DNA of 64,000 nt from Myxococcota bacterium (lineage in GTDB: Bacteria > Myxococcota_A > UBA796 > SXON01): the NCBI GenBank assembly GCA_040386535.1, contig JAZKFH010000019.1, positions 258,186 to 322,185 on the forward strand, written 5' to 3'. The position numbers and the translations under genes were made by a program. The first letter of the stretch is position 1; every line of letters starts with the position of its first letter. Below, piece after piece: positions 60,165-64,000 of the stretch. The notes beneath the pieces were generated by a model. It saw only the letters and a program-made list of their open reading frames with translations, ran no database searches and had not been told where the DNA came from.

Positions 60165-60982
60165 TGATCCGGATCCTCGTCCCCTTCAACGGCTCGGCCA
60201 CCTCGCGCACCGCGTTGGCGTACGCCCGCCTGATCGCCCCGGATGACGCGACGGTCGTCCTCGCGTACGTGCTCCCCGCGCGGGATCTGCTCGACAACCT
60301 CGGCGTCGGCGCCGGGGCCCGCCGCGAGACCACCGCCCTCGTCACGGAGGCCGCGGCCACCTTTCCGCGGGGGGAGGTCCTGCTGTTGAAGGGCGATCCC
60401 GCCGAGGCCATCGCCGCGGAGGCCGCCCGCACCAACGTCGACCTCATCGTTTTCGGGTCGCGGGTGCGCTCCCGGCTCGCGGGGTTCGTGCTCGGCAGCA
60501 CCGGCGGCAAGCTCCTCCAGGCGGCGACCGTGCCGTTGATGGTCGTCCACGAGGCCGTGCCGGCCATCACCACGATCGTGGCGGCGGTGGAGACGGGTGT
60601 CCCCGCCGTGATCGTGGCGCGGGCGGCGCAGGTGCTCGCGAAGGCGACCGGAGCGCACGTCGCGCTCGTCAACGTCGTGGACGCGGACCCCGCCGTCGTC
60701 TCGACCCCCGACGAGTTCGGCATCCCCTCCGAGGTGTGGCGGGATGCCCTCTCCAAGCACGTCGAGCGGGTGTTCGGGCCGCTTCGCCTGCACGCGCCGG
60801 GCGCCTCCGAGATCCTGCGGTACGGGCGCGCGGTCGACGAGCTCCCCGACGCGGCGGAGGCGCTCGCGGCGCAGGTCATCGTGGTGGGGCGGCGCGGCAG
60901 CTCGGGCCGCGATGTGGACGCGTGGTCGAGCGTGGCCGCCAACCTAGCCGTCCGCGGGCCCTTCGCGACCCTCGTGGTGTGA
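60164..60982 (+). CDS. Tandem universal stress protein
   Basis: RILVPFNGS, GDPAEAI, DLIVFGS, VLGS; second USP domain. Confidence 0.85.
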   Translation: MIRILVPFNGSATSRTALAYARLIAPDDATVVLAYVLPARDLLDNLGVGAGARRETTALVTEAAATFPRGEVLLLKGDPAEAIAAEAARTNVDLIVFGSRVRSRLAGFVLGSTGGKLLQAATVPLMVVHEAVPAITTIVAAVETGVPAVIVARAAQVLAKATGAHVALVNVVDADPAVVSTPDEFGIPSEVWRDALSKHVERVFGPLRLHAPGASEILRYGRAVDELPDAAEALAAQVIVVGRRGSSGRDVDAWSSVAANLAVRGPFATLVV

Positions 60983-60989
60983 GGGCCGC

Positions 60990-61745
60990 GTGATCCACGG
61001 CAAGCGGGTCCACGTGGTGCTCCCGGCCTACAACGCCGCGCGAACGCTCGCCGCCACGCTCGCCGCGATCCCGGCCGGCGTGGTCGACACCGTGCTGCTC
61101 GTGGACGACGCGAGCACGGACAACACCGTGGCGGCGGCCGCCGCGCTGGGCATCCCGACGATCGTGCACCCCACCAACCGTGGCTACGGCGGCAACCAGA
61201 AGACCTGCTACCGCGCCGCGCTGGACGCGGGCGCCGACGTGATCGTGATGCTCCACCCCGACGGGCAGTACGATCCCCGGCTGATCCCGGCGATGGCGTC
61301 GCTCGTGGCGCTCGGGTCGTACGACCTGGTGCTGGGTTCGCGCGTGCTCGGGAGGGGCGCGCGCCACGGCGGGATGCCGGCCTGGCGGTTGCTCGGAAAT
61401 CGGGCGCTCACGTGGGTGGAAAATGTGCTGCTCGACCGCGCCCTCGCGGAGTGGCACACCGGGTACCGCGCGTGGTCCCGGGCTGCCCTCGAAGCCATCC
61501 CGTTCGAGCGCAACGCGGACGACTTCGTGTTCGACAACGAGGTGCTCGTGCAGGCGGTGCACCTCGGGCTCGAGATCGGCGAGGTGGCCTGCCCCGCCCG
61601 GTATGCGGCGGACTCGTCGTCCATCAGCGCGCCACGCGCCGCGCGGTACGCCGGGGGCGTGCTCGCGGCAGCGGTCACCTATCGGTTGGATCGGTGGGGC
61701 CTCATGCGGTCCGCGTTGCTTCGCGATCTGCCCCGCGGAGCGTGA
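60990..61745 (+). CDS. GT2 glycosyltransferase (DPM1-like)
   Basis: VVLPAYN, LVDDASTD, NRGYGGNQK, HPDGQY, GSR, HTGYRA. Confidence 0.92.
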   Translation: MIHGKRVHVVLPAYNAARTLAATLAAIPAGVVDTVLLVDDASTDNTVAAAAALGIPTIVHPTNRGYGGNQKTCYRAALDAGADVIVMLHPDGQYDPRLIPAMASLVALGSYDLVLGSRVLGRGARHGGMPAWRLLGNRALTWVENVLLDRALAEWHTGYRAWSRAALEAIPFERNADDFVFDNEVLVQAVHLGLEIGEVACPARYAADSSSISAPRAARYAGGVLAAAVTYRLDRWGLMRSALLRDLPRGA

Positions 61746-61768
61746 CACCGGGTCAGCGTGTCACCCGG

Positions 61769-62224
61769 TCAACGTGTCACCAGCACCGGGACCGGGCTCT
61801 GCCGCAACACCCGCTCAGTCACCGAGCCGAGGAGCGCGTGCTTGATCCCCGTGTGCCCGTGGGTGCCCATGACCAGCAGATCGTAGGAGCCCATCCGGAC
61901 CTCGTTCAGGATCTCCTCCGGCGGGTACCCCTCGGCCAGCTTCTGGTCCCACTTCACGCTCGCGGGGATCTCCTCGCGCGCGAGCCTGTCGAGCGCCTTG
62001 CCGCGCTCGGCCATGAGCTCCCGCTGGAGCTGGACCAGGGACTCCGGCATGGGCACGCCGTAGGTCGGGAAGTCGAAGGTGGCGGCCTGTGGGAGCGAGC
62101 CGACGTGGAACAGGGTGATTCGGGTGTCACCCATCTGCGCGAGGCGAACCGCGAGCCGGAGCGCGGCGGTTCCAGGCTCCGAGAAGTCGGTCGGCACCAT
62201 GAGGTGGCGGAATACGGTTTCCAT
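61769..62224 (-). CDS. Universal stress protein
   Basis: LMVPTDFS, GYPPEEIL, DLLVMGTHG, LLGSVTERVLRQSPVPVL. Confidence 0.95.
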   Translation of the reverse strand: METVFRHLMVPTDFSEPGTAALRLAVRLAQMGDTRITLFHVGSLPQAATFDFPTYGVPMPESLVQLQRELMAERGKALDRLAREEIPASVKWDQKLAEGYPPEEILNEVRMGSYDLLVMGTHGHTGIKHALLGSVTERVLRQSPVPVLVTR

Positions 62225-62248
62225 CGGTGAGTGCTAATCACCTGGTCT

Positions 62249-62278
62249 GGGGAATCAAAGTCCGGGGAATCAAAGCCC
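62249..62278. repeat. 15-bp tandem direct repeat upstream of the USP gene
   Basis: ggggaatcaaagtcc / ggggaatcaaagccc. Confidence 0.85.
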
Positions 62279-63565
62279 CAAACTCGCCCGTACCAACTCG
62301 GGCCACGCCGCGATGCGCTCCTCGAGCGTGGCGCGCGCCGCGGATACTTCGGCGGTGGTGTAGGGGCGCCGTGTGTCCTCCGCGACCAGCGGGTCGCTGA
62401 CCGCGTAGGACTCGGCCACGATGCCGGCGACGTCGAGCCCGTCGAGGGCTTCGAGCGCCGCGCGGGTGGCGTCGTCGAGCCGGGCTTCACACGTCTCGTC
62501 GTCCTCGCAGCCCTGGGCCAGGGCGCCGGTCGTGTACTTCGAGAACGTGTCACCCCAGGACTCGTCCAACCCCCATGGCACGAAGTCGAGCCGCCCGCCG
62601 TTCCCGGGGTCGGCGTACACGAAGGCGTCGTTCAGGTGGAACGGGTACCCGTCGGTCGCGCCGGTCGCGAGGCAGGCCGCCCAATACCGGAGGAAGTGGT
62701 CGACATCGACGAGGTGGCCCACTTGCTCGTCGAAGGAGGGCGCCTCGTGCGCGAGCGCGTCGGCGAGCGCCTCGAGAGGCGCGGGGTCTCCCACCCCCTC
62801 CGAGAGCTCCCAGAAGGGGAGCCCCGACTTGGTGAAGTCGGCGTCGTCGTTGGCCTCCCACAAGTCGCCGTCGTAGAAGTCGTAGCGCCGTTGCAGCCAC
62901 TCGTCGTCGAGCGATTCGATGTTGGCGTAGACGCCGTACGGCTGCTCGTCGATCCAGAGGCGCGCCCAATTCGCGCGGGTGGCGGTGACACCCAGACCCT
63001 GCCACAAGCGCAGGGCGATGACCTCGCGGGCCTGCGCGGGGTCGCTCACCATGTTGTTGAGCGTGAGCCGCTCGAGGCCGGCGAGGCGGGGCCCAGGCCC
63101 GAATTCGCGGAGCTTGACCTTGATCGAGGGCTTGTCCGACAGGCCCTGCCACGTCGTGCTTCCCTTGCGTCGCACGCCCGCGTTCGGGAAGTCGATCCCG
63201 TCGACAGTGACACGCGCGGGCACCCAGACACGCCCGTCCTTCTCGAGGTCGCGGCGGGCCTCTTCGGTCAAGGACACGCGGACCTCGTGCACCACGTCGG
63301 GCGCGTAGAACGCCTCCCACGCGGGGCTGTCGGTGCGGCTGTCCGGCTCGGCCTGCGCGCGCGCCGCATCGCTGAGCTCGGCCCGGAGAAGCTCGGCGGC
63401 GTCGGGATCGTGGGGGGAGGCGACCGCGGCGTGGCGCGGCGGCTCGGGCACGGCTTCGACATGCGGCTCCACGGGAGCCTCGGCCACCGGGTGGAGCGCG
63501 CCGGGGTCTACACATGCGGAGAGCATGAGCGCTGCCAGGAGCGGTGGAGCGTGACGGTCGCACAT
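62270..63565 (-). CDS. CotH-family kinase-like lipoprotein
   Basis: LSAC lipobox; GVRRKG, KPSIKV, LTLNN..SDP...RE, YGVY..IE, PWGLD. Confidence 0.87.
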   Translation of the reverse strand: MCDRHAPPLLAALMLSACVDPGALHPVAEAPVEPHVEAVPEPPRHAAVASPHDPDAAELLRAELSDAARAQAEPDSRTDSPAWEAFYAPDVVHEVRVSLTEEARRDLEKDGRVWVPARVTVDGIDFPNAGVRRKGSTTWQGLSDKPSIKVKLREFGPGPRLAGLERLTLNNMVSDPAQAREVIALRLWQGLGVTATRANWARLWIDEQPYGVYANIESLDDEWLQRRYDFYDGDLWEANDDADFTKSGLPFWELSEGVGDPAPLEALADALAHEAPSFDEQVGHLVDVDHFLRYWAACLATGATDGYPFHLNDAFVYADPGNGGRLDFVPWGLDESWGDTFSKYTTGALAQGCEDDETCEARLDDATRAALEALDGLDVAGIVAESYAVSDPLVAEDTRRPYTTAEVSAARATLEERIAAWPELVRASLGL

Positions 63566-63580
63566 ACCCAAGCTTGGGTG

Positions 63581-63937
63581 TCAGGGGCTCGACGCGTCAA
63601 TCGGGACAGTGGCGGGAAGTGTCACGAGCGCGGCGCGGAGCGCGCTGTCGAGCCGCGCGGGGACCGTGGTGGCAGGCACCTCCACGACGGGCTCGCCGTC
63701 GACCATCAACCACAACGCGGGGAGGTGGAAGATGGCGAGCTCTTCGACCAAGGCGGGCGCGCCGGTGGCGTCGACCTCGTAGATCGCCAACCCCTCGATG
63801 GGGGCGAGCGCGGCCAAGGCGGCCTTGACGCCACGGCACGCGCCGCACCCCGGGCGCGTCACGACGAGGAGCACGGGGCCTTTTGCGACGTGGAGCACGC
63901 GGTCGAGGTCCAGGCCGTGCAGCGTGTCGAGGTGCAT
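63581..63937 (-). CDS. Thioredoxin-fold protein
   Basis: PGCGAC CxxC motif, EVDA, FHLPAL. Confidence 0.8.
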   Translation of the reverse strand: MHLDTLHGLDLDRVLHVAKGPVLLVVTRPGCGACRGVKAALAALAPIEGLAIYEVDATGAPALVEELAIFHLPALWLMVDGEPVVEVPATTVPARLDSALRAALVTLPATVPIDASSP

Positions 63938-64000
63938 GGGGAACGTTACCCCGCGGCGGTCGGGTAGGATGGTGTCCATGGTTGTGGATCCCGCTGTGGA

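Noticed and set aside
61742..61781. Nested inverted repeats gtgacac/gtgtcac at a convergent junction
   Set aside because: Partly coding, no U tract; at most a weak terminator
63566..63579. Perfect palindrome acccaagcttgggt between the thioredoxin and CotH genes
   Set aside because: Single instance with no supporting context; could be chance

Overview
Very GC-rich bacterial chromosomal DNA, about 55 genes, densely coding. The gene content suggests Myxococcota or a related deltaproteobacterial lineage (inference): MopE-type Cys/Asp repeat proteins, MYXO-CTERM-like tails, a DUF1501 cluster and many lipoproteins with acidic DT linkers. A housekeeping core (prs-rplY-pth-rpsF-rplI-dnaB, guaA, class II DAHP synthase, xdhC) sits among many secreted, surface and signalling genes. 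No tRNA, rRNA, CRISPR array, transposase, integrase or prophage was recognised. Most notable observations: (1) many exported proteins have ultra-short signal peptides that mostly lack a basic n-region (e.g. MLLLALAC); (2) TAnnnT-like boxes recur 5-10 nt before start codons that lack a Shine-Dalgarno, suggesting pervasive leaderless mRNAs; (3) a coupled pair of half-TolC-like proteins, one fused to a beta-propeller; (4) rpsF runs directly into rplI with no rpsR, S6 is extended, and rplY and rpsF have structured leaders; (5) a C-type lectin/MopE adhesin with a sorting tail lies next to a rhomboid protease; (6) tandem orphan solute-binding protein-LysM fusions; (7) a DUF1501/heme-c operon. All calls come from reading the sequence; no database searches were run.
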